Made by a program: the position numbers and the translations under genes
The notes under the pieces: model-generated
What the model saw: only the letters and a program-made list of their open reading frames with translations
Databases searched by the model: none
Told to the model about the DNA's origin: nothing
Origin: a bacterium
GTDB taxonomy: Bacteria; Ratteibacteria; UBA8468; B48-G9; DTJG01
NCBI GenBank assembly: GCA_026418655.1
Contig: JAOAAW010000195.1
Span: 1 to 35,743 of the forward strand
Direction of reading: 5' to 3'
DNA: 35,743 bases
In this document: positions 1-9,946 of the stretch, piece after piece
Position numbering within the stretch: position 1 is the stretch's first letter
How the letters are laid out: each line of letters opens with the position of its first letter

Positions 1-1279
1 GCCCTGCGCCGACTCCAATAATTTGATTCAATGTTCCAAGCACAATCGCATTGGATTTCACATGCTTGCAGATGATGGCGGCAAATTTCAGTGCTTCCAT
101 TTCTTCCTTTGTTGGCTGGCGCTTTGTCTTTACTTCAAGTTTTTCCCAGTTAAGATTGTCGGGTGTCTGAAGTAATATCCCTGAGGATGCGCCTTTTATT
201 TCATATTCAGTGTCTTCCATCACAGGCATTTCAACGAGCCGAAGGTTTTCTTTTGCAGAAAGGATTTCCACTGCCTCTTTTGAAAAAGATGGCGCAATTA
301 TCACCTCAAAGAAAATATCCCTGATTGCTTTTGCGGTCTCTCCATCAAGGGGTCTGTTAAGCCCAATAATACCACCAAAGGCACTCAATGGGTCTGTTTG
401 CAATGCCTTTTCAAATGCCTGCTTCTGGGTGTCTCCGATCGCAGCACCACAGGGATTGTTGTGTTTTATAATACAACAGCTCGGCTGGTCAAACTCGCAC
501 GCTATTTTATAGGCGCTTTCCATATCAAGGATATTGTTGAAGGATAGCTGTTTTCCCTGTAATTGCTTCCATGATATTTTTTTATCAGCACACTGGTACC
601 ACGCTGCTTTCTGATGCGGATTTTCTCCATAGCGAAGCTGTTCTATCTTTTTGTAATAAAAGCCAATTTTATCTCTGAATTCTTCCTTCTGCGTTTCTTT
701 ATCAAAATATCTGCTTATAAGCCAGTCATAATAACTTGTGGTATGGAAAACTTCTGCAGCGCATCTTCTTGAAGTTTTTTCTGAAATACCGCCCTGTTTT
801 TCAATTTCTTGAATAATCTCAGGGTAAAATTTGGGGTCAACAACAACACAAACAAACTTCCAGTTTTTTGCAGATGCCCGTATCATTGAAGGTCCGCCAA
901 TGTCAATGTTTTCTATCAATTCTTCGTCTGTTGCGCCTTCAGAGAAAAAAACCTTCTCAAAAGGATAAAGGTTAACAACAACAAGGTCAATCCTGCTGAT
1001 ATTGTGTTTTGAAACCTGGTCAATATGCGATGGGTTATCCCTTTTGAAAAGAATTCCACCGTAAATAAAGGGATGAAGGGTTTTCACCCTTCCATCAAGA
1101 ATTTCTGGAAACCCTGTGATTTGAGAGATTTCCTTTACATCAATACCTGCTTCCCTTATGGCTTTTGCTGTGCCGCCTGTGGAAATTATTTCAACATTGT
1201 TTTTTGCAAGCACCTTTGCAAGGTCAATAAGTCCTGTTTTATCAGAAACACTTATCAATGCCCGTTTTACTTCAATCAT
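1..1279 (-). CDS. purH: Bifunctional AICAR transformylase/IMP cyclohydrolase PurH (3' end runs off the window)
   Basis: Translated by hand from ATG at 1279 (SD AAGGGGG upstream): MIEVKRALISVSDKTG...GRVKTLHP...ENIDIGGPSMIRASAKN...LRYGENPHQKAAWY...LSFNNILD...IIKHNNPCGAA...KSNAIV. Not in the ORF track because no stop codon lies inside the window. Confidence 0.97.
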   Translation of the reverse strand, partial: MIEVKRALISVSDKTGLIDLAKVLAKNNVEIISTGGTAKAIREAGIDVKEISQITGFPEILDGRVKTLHPFIYGGILFKRDNPSHIDQVSKHNISRIDLVVVNLYPFEKVFFSEGATDEELIENIDIGGPSMIRASAKNWKFVCVVVDPKFYPEIIQEIEKQGGISEKTSRRCAAEVFHTTSYYDWLISRYFDKETQKEEFRDKIGFYYKKIEQLRYGENPHQKAAWYQCADKKISWKQLQGKQLSFNNILDMESAYKIACEFDQPSCCIIKHNNPCGAAIGDTQKQAFEKALQTDPLSAFGGIIGLNRPLDGETAKAIRDIFFEVIIAPSFSKEAVEILSAKENLRLVEMPVMEDTEYEIKGASSGILLQTPDNLNWEKLEVKTKRQPTKEEMEALKFAAIICKHVKSNAIVLGTLNQIIGVGAG

Positions 1280-1301
1280 TTTTCCCCCTTTTTGAAAAAA
1301 A

Positions 1302-3212
1302 TCAGTCAAATTTCCAGAATTCAATAAGATGACCGGGAATTTCCTGAATAAAGATTGACTTGCGATACGAGAAGTTTCTTGGATCTGACATATGATAGGT
1401 AATGTACAGATCTTCTTTTGCCCTCGTAATTCCGACATAAAAAATTCTTCTTTCTTCTTCTATCCCGGCATAATCATTACTTGAAAGAGTATGCGGGAAA
1501 TGAAAAGCAGAGACCCCTATAATAAAAACTATTTTCCACTCAAGTCCTTTCGCCTGATGAATGGTCGATAGTATGAGAACATCTTTTGTGTCTTTGATTT
1601 CACCTCTGAAATGTTCCTGTAAACTTGTCTGACTGATAAACTCTTCAACATTATTCCATGTGCTTGAAATTTCTCTTAAACTTTCAATATCAGCAAGCCG
1701 TTGTTCCCAGTCAAGATAATGGGATTCAAGGTAATCCTTATAGAAATTATTTACAATTATTCCTATCTGTTCAGGCACCTGTTTTGCTTCTCTCATGTTC
1801 TTCAAAAGATTTTTGAGATTTTCCCATCCCTTTTCAGCAGTTGAAATAAGTTTTATTCCATCAGAATTTATTATTTCATCTATGTTTGATTTCCCTCTTA
1901 CAAACGCTATTATCTTATCCCTTGAAGATTTCCCGACCCCTCTTGTCAGGTTCAGAACTCTTACCCAGGAAAGTTCGTCCTTTGGGTTTTGATATACCCT
2001 GAAAAAGGCAATGATATCCTTGATGTGCGCCATTTCAAAAAATCTCAGGCCGCCCCTCACAACATAGGGGATATTAAGCTTGTTAAGTTCAATTTCAATT
2101 TCAGCCGACTGATATCTTGACCTGAATAGAATTCCAATGTCAGATGGCCTTACCTTTTTTAGAAGTTCTTTTACCCTGTTTACCACAAAAACGCATTCAC
2201 TATGTTTATCATCACACTCAATCACAACTGGTTTTACTCCTGACTCCTTGACACTTTTCAAAACCTTGGGAAACTGATATCTGTTATGGGATATTACACT
2301 GTTTGCAAGGGACAGAATTTCAGGAGTGCTTCTGTAATTTGTCTGCAGGTAAAAAAGTTTTGCATCAGGATAAATCTTAGGAAAATCAAGAATATTCTGA
2401 ACAGTTGCGCCTCTGAAACTGTATATACTCTGGGCATCATCACCCACAACCATGATGTTTCTGTTAATTCTTGCCAGTTGATAAAGTATCAATGCCTGTA
2501 TTCTATTGGTATCCTGGTATTCATCAACAAGTATGTAAAGGAATCTTCTTGATATTTTTTCTCCTGGCTCCTGCATTGTAAGAATCTTGAGCCAGAATGA
2601 AAGTAAATCATCATAATCAACAACACCGAGTTCCCTTTTTCTTTTTTCATATGCATCGTGAATGGTCTCCAACCTTGCAATGATGTTTGAAAAATGTGGA
2701 TAGCGAGTCATTATAAGGTCTTTTATGGTTTCTGAAGTATTGGCTGATAAACCCAGAATTTCCTGAATTACTTCAGGAGCAATTTCTTTGTCCGGCAAAA
2801 TTTTTTTTGAAACTTCTCTTATGATAGAAAGCGAATCCTCGCGGTCAATGATAACATAGTTTGGTGATAGAGAAGCATAATGGCTGTATTTTCTTAAAAA
2901 AACATTGGCAACATGATGAAATGTGCCTGCTACCAGTGTTTCAGGAACTTTTCCAAGATACTTTTCTATCCTTCTTAACATTTCTCTTGCAGCCTTGTTG
3001 GTAAATGTAAGCAGGCATATTCTTGATGGTGGGATACCCTGTTCAAGCAGATACATTGTTCTGTAAATCAGTACCCTTGTTTTTCCAGAACCAGCGCCTG
3101 CAAGAACAAGGCATGGACCATCGCCTTCCCTGACGGCTTTCAGTTGTTCAGGATTTAAAAAAGCCTCGTAATTGATCTCAACCGCTGATTCAAGATTTTG
3201 TCTGGTGTTCAC
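1302..3212 (-). CDS. UvrD/PcrA-family SF1 ATP-dependent DNA helicase (short form, no obvious C-terminal Tudor extension)
   Basis: Motifs AGAGSGKT, TFTNKAA, DEYQD, VGDDAQSIYSFRGA, NYRS, STIHQAKGLEW, EEERRIFYVGITRAK; GTG start overlaps the pyrB stop. Confidence 0.95.
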   Translation of the reverse strand: MNTRQNLESAVEINYEAFLNPEQLKAVREGDGPCLVLAGAGSGKTRVLIYRTMYLLEQGIPPSRICLLTFTNKAAREMLRRIEKYLGKVPETLVAGTFHHVANVFLRKYSHYASLSPNYVIIDREDSLSIIREVSKKILPDKEIAPEVIQEILGLSANTSETIKDLIMTRYPHFSNIIARLETIHDAYEKRKRELGVVDYDDLLSFWLKILTMQEPGEKISRRFLYILVDEYQDTNRIQALILYQLARINRNIMVVGDDAQSIYSFRGATVQNILDFPKIYPDAKLFYLQTNYRSTPEILSLANSVISHNRYQFPKVLKSVKESGVKPVVIECDDKHSECVFVVNRVKELLKKVRPSDIGILFRSRYQSAEIEIELNKLNIPYVVRGGLRFFEMAHIKDIIAFFRVYQNPKDELSWVRVLNLTRGVGKSSRDKIIAFVRGKSNIDEIINSDGIKLISTAEKGWENLKNLLKNMREAKQVPEQIGIIVNNFYKDYLESHYLDWEQRLADIESLREISSTWNNVEEFISQTSLQEHFRGEIKDTKDVLILSTIHQAKGLEWKIVFIIGVSAFHFPHTLSSNDYAGIEEERRIFYVGITRAKEDLYITYHMSDPRNFSYRKSIFIQEIPGHLIEFWKFD

Positions 3213-4132
3213 TGTATATTTCTGACTGTGAGATACAGCACTGCCATTCTTACAGCAATTCCATTTGTAACCTGCTGAAGAATTAGCGAATTTTCCTTTT
3301 CCGCTGCTTCTGTCGATATTTCAATTCCTCTGTTCATAGGTCCTGGATGCATCAGGAAAAATTTATTCTTTGAAAAACCAAATTTTTTTAAGTCAAAACC
3401 AAAAAAATTCCTGTATTCTGAATGAGACGGAAAAAAGTTTTCCTGCTGTCTCTCTTTTTGAAGTCGCAACAGATAAACGATATCGGCATCCTTTACAGCA
3501 TCAGATATTGAATAACAAACCCTGACTCCTGTTTTTTCAATCCCTGAGGGTATAAGTGTGGGTGGACCACATACAGTAACCTTTGCTCCAAGTTTCGTGA
3601 AGCCCCAGATATTTGACCTTGCCACCCTGCTATGAAAAATGTCTCCAATAATCGCTATTTTTATCCCTACAATTTTGCCAAAAATCTCTCTCACAGTAAA
3701 AAGGTCTAAAAGTGCCTGTGTAGGGTGCTCATGACATCCATCACCTGCATTGATGACTGCTGCCCTGACTGACCTGCTTATAAGATAAGGTGCACCTGAA
3801 ACAGAGTGTCTCACAATGAAGCAATCAACCTTCATCGCTTCAATGTTTCTGGCAGTATCAACAATGGTTTCTCCCTTTGATACACTTGATGTGCTCACCT
3901 CAAAATTTAATACATCTGCAGAAAGCCGCTTTCCAGCAAGCTCAAAAGAGGTTTTTGTCCTCGTACTTGGTTCAAAGAAAAGATTGACTATTGTCTTTCC
4001 TCTGAGTGCAGGTACTTTTTTAACAGGTCTCGTGCTGACTTCCTTAAAAGAGCTTGCAGTATCAAGAATATATTCTATTTCTTCACGGTTTAATTCTTCC
4101 AGTCCGAGCAAATCTTTTCTTTTCCAGTTCAT
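3209..4132 (-). CDS. pyrB: Aspartate carbamoyltransferase catalytic subunit
   Basis: FFEPSTRT carbamoyl-phosphate motif, NAGDGCHEHPTQ, HSRVARSN, RLQKER, HPGPMNRG. Confidence 0.97.
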   Translation of the reverse strand: MNWKRKDLLGLEELNREEIEYILDTASSFKEVSTRPVKKVPALRGKTIVNLFFEPSTRTKTSFELAGKRLSADVLNFEVSTSSVSKGETIVDTARNIEAMKVDCFIVRHSVSGAPYLISRSVRAAVINAGDGCHEHPTQALLDLFTVREIFGKIVGIKIAIIGDIFHSRVARSNIWGFTKLGAKVTVCGPPTLIPSGIEKTGVRVCYSISDAVKDADIVYLLRLQKERQQENFFPSHSEYRNFFGFDLKKFGFSKNKFFLMHPGPMNRGIEISTEAAEKENSLILQQVTNGIAVRMAVLYLTVRNIQ

Positions 4133-4659
4133 TTTTTTGCTGTTATAATGACTTCTTCAACATCATCAACCTCTTTCAGTCTTACTTCAACCATCTGTTT
4201 TTTCCCTGTAACAACCTTTATACCATGATAATCTGCCTGTATGGGTAGTTCCCTGCAATTTGTCCTGTCAACAAGAACAAAGAGTTTTATAATTTTAGGT
4301 CTACCATAGTCAATAATCTGATCTATGGCTGCGCGTACTGTTCTTCCTGTGTACAGAACATCATCAACAAGGAGAATCTTTTTTCCTTCAGGCCCAAACA
4401 ATAGTTCTGAACCCGAAACAACGGGTCCACTTCCTATATCACTGAAATCGTCCCTGTACAGTGTAATATCAAGAGAACCATAGTCAATATTTCCTCCTGT
4501 TTTTCTGTCAATGATTTTTTTAATTCTTTCAGCCAGTACTGCGCCCCGCCTTTTTATACCAACTATGGCAGGGTCTTTTCCCATATCCTTTATAACCTGG
4601 CAGGCAAGTTTTTCCAGGATTTTCTTTATTTCTGTGGATGAAAGAATTCTATTTTCCAT
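4129..4659 (-). CDS. pyrR: PyrR bifunctional pyrimidine regulator/uracil phosphoribosyltransferase
   Basis: GIKRRG, LDITLYRDD, VDDVLYTGRTVRAA (PRPP loop), RELPIQADY; directly upstream of pyrB. Confidence 0.95.
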   Translation of the reverse strand: MENRILSSTEIKKILEKLACQVIKDMGKDPAIVGIKRRGAVLAERIKKIIDRKTGGNIDYGSLDITLYRDDFSDIGSGPVVSGSELLFGPEGKKILLVDDVLYTGRTVRAAIDQIIDYGRPKIIKLFVLVDRTNCRELPIQADYHGIKVVTGKKQMVEVRLKEVDDVEEVIITAKK

Positions 4660-4665
4660 ACGTAT

Positions 4666-4694
4666 ATTTTAACCCAGAAATTGTTTTACGGGAA
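4666..4694 (-). promoter_or_regulatory. Candidate sigma70 promoter for pyrR, probably leaderless
   Basis: Minus strand TTCCCG-N17-TAAAAT, ending 6 nt before the pyrR ATG; no SD visible. Confidence 0.45.
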
Positions 4695-4727
4695 AACTCG
4701 TTGCGATAAATAAATTGTTTAATTGTG

Positions 4728-4736
4728 TGATAGAAT
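4728..4736 (+). promoter_or_regulatory. Candidate extended -10 promoter for the UroD-like cassette
   Basis: TG-A-TAGAAT about 35 nt upstream of ATG 4771, which has SD AGAGGA. Confidence 0.4.
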
Positions 4737-4770
4737 AAATATGAAATTTTCGGAACAAAGAGGATGAAAT

Positions 4771-5784
4771 ATGACAGAAAGAGAAAGATTGTTGAACTGC
4801 ATCGAACTCAAAGGAGATGGTGAGATATTTTCAAGTGTTTCAATTATACCGACTGTTTGGGATAACAATAAAGAATATTTTGAAAAAATACAGAAAGAAT
4901 GTCCAAATGTTCCAATTGGAGTTTCAAGGGATGAAACAAGGAGAGCAGGAAATAAAGTTAGAGATAAATGGGGTTGTCTGTGGATATATCCCCTTGACTA
5001 TCTTGATGGTCAGGTCATTGAGCATCCACTGGATAACTGGGAAAAATTAAAGGATTATAAACCACCTGACCCTGAAAAATATACTGACTGGGAAAAGGCA
5101 AAAAAAGATATAGAAGAAGCGAAGAGAAAAGGAAATTTTACTTCTGGCGGGGTTGACCATGGCTTTTTCTTTCTTCTTATCACATATCTTCGGGGTTTTG
5201 AAAATGCAATGATTGATTTTGCTGAAGGCAACAAAAACATCTTTAAATTGATAGAAATCATTGAGAATTACTGGCTTGGAGTGATAAAAAAATGGATTGA
5301 CATTGGTGTTGATATGATAGGTTTTGGAGATGATTTAGGTTTACAGACTTCTCTTCCAATGAGCCCGCAGGCATGGAGGAAATACATAAAACCATCCTAT
5401 ATGAAATTTTTCGGGCTTTGTCGTGATAACGGTGTTCACGCAGGCCTTCATACTGATGGCTGGATTGTTTCAATTATGGAAGACCTTATTGAATGCAGGT
5501 TAAGTGTGCTCAATCCACAGGATATGGTCAATGGAATTGATAATATAGAAAGATTGCTGAAAGGAAGGATCTGTATAGACCTTGATATTGACAGGCAGCA
5601 CATAACATATTCAGGAACACCTGAGGAAATTGACAGACATATCCTTAACTGTGTGAAACGACTTGGTTCAGAAAAGGGTGGATTGATTTTGAAGTTTGGC
5701 GCTTATCCTGGAACACCGGTTGAAAATATTGGAGCAGTTATTAAAGCATTTGAAAAATATCGTTATTACTGGGTGAAAAAATGA
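4771..5784 (+). CDS. Uroporphyrinogen decarboxylase / MtaA-CmuA superfamily protein of unknown function
   Basis: DKWGCLW, EHPLDNW, YLRGFENAMIDF, FGDDLGLQ..LPMSP..WRKYIKP, LHTDG, DIDRQ, GTPEEI, PGTPVENI; typical of non-HemE UroD-like TIM barrels. Confidence 0.85.
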   Translation: MTERERLLNCIELKGDGEIFSSVSIIPTVWDNNKEYFEKIQKECPNVPIGVSRDETRRAGNKVRDKWGCLWIYPLDYLDGQVIEHPLDNWEKLKDYKPPDPEKYTDWEKAKKDIEEAKRKGNFTSGGVDHGFFFLLITYLRGFENAMIDFAEGNKNIFKLIEIIENYWLGVIKKWIDIGVDMIGFGDDLGLQTSLPMSPQAWRKYIKPSYMKFFGLCRDNGVHAGLHTDGWIVSIMEDLIECRLSVLNPQDMVNGIDNIERLLKGRICIDLDIDRQHITYSGTPEEIDRHILNCVKRLGSEKGGLILKFGAYPGTPVENIGAVIKAFEKYRYYWVKK

Positions 5785-7487
5785 ATAAAATTATACTTTT
5801 TCTTTTCGGCCTGGTTTCAATGGTTTTCAGTCAAACAGATTTCGTAGAACCGATTTTCAATCTGGAAAAAATTATCAATGAACCCCTGGACACAAAGATT
5901 ATAAACACCAGTAAGAAAGAAAATATCGTAATTCAGGAAATTGAATTTACTTCTGAACACTATCAGGGAAAGCCAGTAAGAATTTATGGAATTATCGCTT
6001 TTCCTGAGGATGCAAAAACGTTGCCTGCAATCTTCTGGAGTCAGGCAGGAATGGCACCAGCAAATACTGGGATGCCAGAATTTTTTGCAAAAAGGGGATA
6101 TGTTTGCATGTGTATCACCCTGCCTCATTCTATCTGGAATCCAAATGTGGCATTCAATACAAAAAATCCTGAAGATGGGAATATGACACACTATGCCATA
6201 GCGCAGATGAGGGCGATTACATATCTGACCAGTATCCCGCAGGTCAATCCTGAAAGGATAGGTATTGGCGGGTCTTCTTATGGCGGCTTTTTTTCAACAT
6301 TGATTGCAGGCGCAGATCCAAGAATTAAATGTGGGATGTCATTTTTTGCTGGTGGAAATATGGCTTATGGAACGCATATCCCTCAGTTTACACAACTTCA
6401 ATCGCAACAGGATATTGAAATATGGAACAAAACAATAGACCCTGCATTGAGATTGAAATTCAAAAAGGTTCCTTTTTTATGGGGAATTGCAACAAATGAC
6501 AACTGGTTTTATTTGCCATCAGTTATTAAAACATATCAGGAATCCATAGGTGAAAAAAGGATGGCCATTGTACCCATGTGGGAACATGGTTTTCCTGAAG
6601 AAATTGATGAGCAGCTTTTTTCCTGGTTTGATATCTACCTGAAACAATCAAGAAAACCCTATAACAGGGTGTCAGAATTATCCATCAAAAGAAATGGGAA
6701 TAGACTTGTGGCTGCATGGGGTTTTAATGGTGAAAATAAAGTTAAAAGGGCAGAACTTGTCATAAGTTATGGAAAAGTTGCATTGTGGAAGTACTGGATA
6801 CATCGCAATTACATTGTCCTTCCTGCGAAAATCAAGGGAAATACTGCAACAGGTGAAATTCCTGTGGTAGAACCAGGCATTGAAATGCTTGTTTATGGAA
6901 ATATTATAGATGAAAATGAGGTTATGATATCTACTGTTCCTGTTCAGATAAAAGCAACTGATTATGGAATAAAAAAACCAAATTGTTCTACCAAATTCAA
7001 TCTTTTTCAGTGGAAGATTTTTGACCATAAAACAGAAATAAATTTCAGAAGGATGGGCTTTACAGCATTTACCTTTGATTATGAAACCAGAAAAAATGAC
7101 ATGCCATCGTTAAAGGTTGAGCCATCAAAAACAGGGAAAAAATCCCAGGTATTGCTCAAACTTCACCATGTCCCAGAGCATTCTCATAAACTCAAGATAT
7201 GGGTTAAAGCAGAAAAACCGACTGAAATAAATGTGAGTGTGAAAGCAGTACAATTGCCTGATTCACAATCAGAAATTGTAAAAAAACTCAGGAAACAAAC
7301 AGAAGATAACACGGTTCTGCCTGTTTATTCAAAAACATTTGCCATTGATGAGAAATGGAAATTGGTTGAGGTTGATTGCCAGTATAATAATGAAGACATT
7401 GAAGGATATAATCTTTTGATTTCATCAGGTCAGCAGGTGCCTTACTGGATAAACAGTATCATTTTTGAGCCGGTATGGAAAAAATAA
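5781..7487 (+). CDS. Secreted alpha/beta hydrolase (acetyl xylan esterase/dienelactone hydrolase-like) with a C-terminal CBM-like beta-sandwich
   Basis: Signal peptide MNKIILFLFGLVSMVFSQ; nucleophile G-S-S-Y-G after 'VNPERIGIG'; candidate Asp (TNDNWF) and His (WEHGF); C-terminus resembles CBM4/9 folds (SLKV...IWVKAEKP...KW...WINSIIFEP). Confidence 0.75.
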   Translation: MNKIILFLFGLVSMVFSQTDFVEPIFNLEKIINEPLDTKIINTSKKENIVIQEIEFTSEHYQGKPVRIYGIIAFPEDAKTLPAIFWSQAGMAPANTGMPEFFAKRGYVCMCITLPHSIWNPNVAFNTKNPEDGNMTHYAIAQMRAITYLTSIPQVNPERIGIGGSSYGGFFSTLIAGADPRIKCGMSFFAGGNMAYGTHIPQFTQLQSQQDIEIWNKTIDPALRLKFKKVPFLWGIATNDNWFYLPSVIKTYQESIGEKRMAIVPMWEHGFPEEIDEQLFSWFDIYLKQSRKPYNRVSELSIKRNGNRLVAAWGFNGENKVKRAELVISYGKVALWKYWIHRNYIVLPAKIKGNTATGEIPVVEPGIEMLVYGNIIDENEVMISTVPVQIKATDYGIKKPNCSTKFNLFQWKIFDHKTEINFRRMGFTAFTFDYETRKNDMPSLKVEPSKTGKKSQVLLKLHHVPEHSHKLKIWVKAEKPTEINVSVKAVQLPDSQSEIVKKLRKQTEDNTVLPVYSKTFAIDEKWKLVEVDCQYNNEDIEGYNLLISSGQQVPYWINSIIFEPVWKK

Positions 7488-8146
7488 AAGACTTAAGAAA
7501 AAGGGTATATGAGGCAAATCTACTTCTACCAGAATATGGTCTTGTTGCGGGCACCCAGGGAAATGTGAGCGGTCTTGATAGGAAGAGAAACATTGTCTAT
7601 ATCAAGCCAAGCGGTGTGCCCTATGAAAAAATGAAACCTTCTGATATCGTTGGAATTGATTTTGAAGGAAATGTTATTGAAGGAAGATTAAAGCCATCCG
7701 TTGACTGGATTCACCATATTTTTATTTACAGAAACATCCCTGAAACCTGTGGAGTTGTTCACACCCATAGTGTTTATGCCACTGTTTTTGCTGCCTGCGG
7801 TATTCCAGTACCCTGCCTTACCACTGGACAGGCAGATGTTTTTGGCAGTGAAATACCTGTCAGTGAGTATGCTGACAATAAGTCAGACAATATTGGAAAG
7901 GCAATTTTGAAATACAGGAAGCCAGGTTGTCCTGCGGTAATTCTCGGCAAACACGGAGTTTTTACATTTGATACCAGTCCTGAAAAGGCAGTTTTTGCAG
8001 CCCTTATGACAGAATACTTTGCAAAAATAAACCTGTTTGCCATAATTCTGGGGAACCTGAAAGGAAAAAAATTAAGCCCTCTTTCAGAAACCGAAATAAA
8101 AAAGTGGTATGAAAGATACCATGGAAAGGGCTATGGTCAGAAATAA
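7475..8146 (+). CDS. araD: L-ribulose-5-phosphate 4-epimerase / class II aldolase family
   Basis: VYEANLLL..GLV..TQGNVS, IKPSGVPY, KPSVD..HH, VVHTHS, LGKHGVF, C-terminal RYHGKGYGQK as in AraD. Confidence 0.85.
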   Translation: MEKIKDLRKRVYEANLLLPEYGLVAGTQGNVSGLDRKRNIVYIKPSGVPYEKMKPSDIVGIDFEGNVIEGRLKPSVDWIHHIFIYRNIPETCGVVHTHSVYATVFAACGIPVPCLTTGQADVFGSEIPVSEYADNKSDNIGKAILKYRKPGCPAVILGKHGVFTFDTSPEKAVFAALMTEYFAKINLFAIILGNLKGKKLSPLSETEIKKWYERYHGKGYGQK

Positions 8147-9946
8147 CTACTTATGATGCTGGTATTCCCACAATCTTGCGTAAAATCCATTTTTTTCTAT
8201 AAGTTGTGCGTGTGAACCTGTCTCTTCTATGGTTCCATTTTTCAAAACAACTATCTTATCCATATTTTTCACAGTTGCCAATCTGTGAGCCACAAAAATA
8301 ACTGTGCGGTTTTGCATGACATTTTCAATTGCCTGATGCAATATCTTTTCTGACTGGCTGTCAAGGGAGGCAGTAATTTCATCAAACAACAGTATCTGTG
8401 GATTTTTCAAAATCGCCCTTGCAAGACATATTAATTGCTTCTGACCTCCAGAAAGGGTATGTCCTCTTTCTCCAACAACAGTGTCATATCCATCCTTAAG
8501 TCTATCAATAAATTCTGAAACTCTCGCTATTTCAACTGCTCTTAAAAAATCCTCTTCTGAAACATTCTCACTGCCAAAAATTATGTTGTTCCTTATTGTA
8601 TCTGAAAAAACAATGGGCTCCTGGGTTACAATACCAATTTTTTTTCTTAAACTGCTCAGTGTGAACTCTTTTATATCTATTCCGTCATAAAGTATTCTTC
8701 CCTCCACTGGTTCGTACAGTCGTATTAAAAGATGTATCAGAGAACTCTTTCCAGCACCAATAGGACCAACAATCCCTATTTTTTCTCCTGCTTTAATTTC
8801 AAGATTAATGTTTTTCAATACAGGCTTTCCCTGATAGGAAAAAGAAACATTTTCAAACAGAATGTTGTTTTTCAGGGGCGGACATTCTTTTTTCCCAGAA
8901 TCAACAACAGTTTGTTTTTCTTCAAGGATGCTGTAAATCCTTGGTAATGCTGCACTTGCCATATACATATAGGTGATACAATTCATGATGGTTTTTGATG
9001 GTTGAATCAGGGATAATAGTCCTGCAATGAACATAAAAAGAAAGCCAGAAGAGAATTCATTATTCAATACCTTGCTTACTCCAATGACTATAACAACAGA
9101 ACCACCGATGGTGGTCAGAAGTTCTGAGAAGGGACTGACAAGAGATGTTCTTTTAATGATGGAAAGGTTTGAACGTAAAATTGCCTCGTTTTCTTCTGAG
9201 AATTTCTCTATCTGTTTTTGTTCCTGATTATATGCCTTTATTATTGATTGACCATAGATACTCTCGTGTATGATATTTCCTAAATTTGCCCAGTTTACCT
9301 GAAGTGTTCTGGAAATTTTTCTCAGTTTCTTGCTGAGATTCAGTATTGGAAGCAGCATAACAGGAAATATTACAAGCGCCATAAGGGTTAATTTCCAATC
9401 TATCAACAGAACAATTGTAAGAAAGATTATGATCTGGCATATACTGAGAACCATAACAGGTATTTCTCTTGAAAGGACATGGTCCAGCATGCTCACATCC
9501 ACGACAATCCTTGAAGTAAGCTCGCCTGTTTTTTTTCTTGAAAAAAATTCCATTGAAAGGTACTGAATTTTTTCATAAATCTTCTGTCTTATGCTGGCAA
9601 GAACTCTTGCTCCGAAACCACGCAAAAAATAATTCTGGAAATAGAATGTAATGCCCTTTCCGATAACCATAAGAATCAGAAAGCAAATTACAATTTTCAA
9701 GAGTGTCATCGGCTCCATTGAGTTCATTTTCATAATAAGATTTTTCAGAGCCGGGATGTCAGGTATTTTTTCGGGTAGTACGATTGGCTTGCGGGCAAAA
9801 ATTCTGTCCATAATGGGTACAACCGTACCCATTGAAGCACCATTGAAAATTGTTGAGATAATACTGACAAAAAAACCCAACCAGAAATTCCTGTACTGGA
9901 TTTCAATAAATCTTGTCAGTTTGAGATATTCCCTGATAACCTTCAT
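8147..9946 (-). CDS. msbA: MsbA-like lipid A flippase ABC transporter (TMD+NBD)
   Basis: Multi-TM N-terminal half, Walker A GPIGAGKS, signature LSGGQKQ, Walker B LFDE, AHRL; directly downstream of lpxB. Confidence 0.85.
   Translation of the reverse strand: MKVIREYLKLTRFIEIQYRNFWLGFFVSIISTIFNGASMGTVVPIMDRIFARKPIVLPEKIPDIPALKNLIMKMNSMEPMTLLKIVICFLILMVIGKGITFYFQNYFLRGFGARVLASIRQKIYEKIQYLSMEFFSRKKTGELTSRIVVDVSMLDHVLSREIPVMVLSICQIIIFLTIVLLIDWKLTLMALVIFPVMLLPILNLSKKLRKISRTLQVNWANLGNIIHESIYGQSIIKAYNQEQKQIEKFSEENEAILRSNLSIIKRTSLVSPFSELLTTIGGSVVIVIGVSKVLNNEFSSGFLFMFIAGLLSLIQPSKTIMNCITYMYMASAALPRIYSILEEKQTVVDSGKKECPPLKNNILFENVSFSYQGKPVLKNINLEIKAGEKIGIVGPIGAGKSSLIHLLIRLYEPVEGRILYDGIDIKEFTLSSLRKKIGIVTQEPIVFSDTIRNNIIFGSENVSEEDFLRAVEIARVSEFIDRLKDGYDTVVGERGHTLSGGQKQLICLARAILKNPQILLFDEITASLDSQSEKILHQAIENVMQNRTVIFVAHRLATVKNMDKIVVLKNGTIEETGSHAQLIEKNGFYARLWEYQHHK

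Noticed and set aside
210-1327. + strand ORFs 210..512 and 1025..1327
   Set aside because: Antisense shadows of purH, which occupies the minus strand here.
1302-3212. UvrD helicase as part of an anti-phage system such as Gabija
   Set aside because: No adjacent nuclease or ATPase partner; it sits among housekeeping genes.
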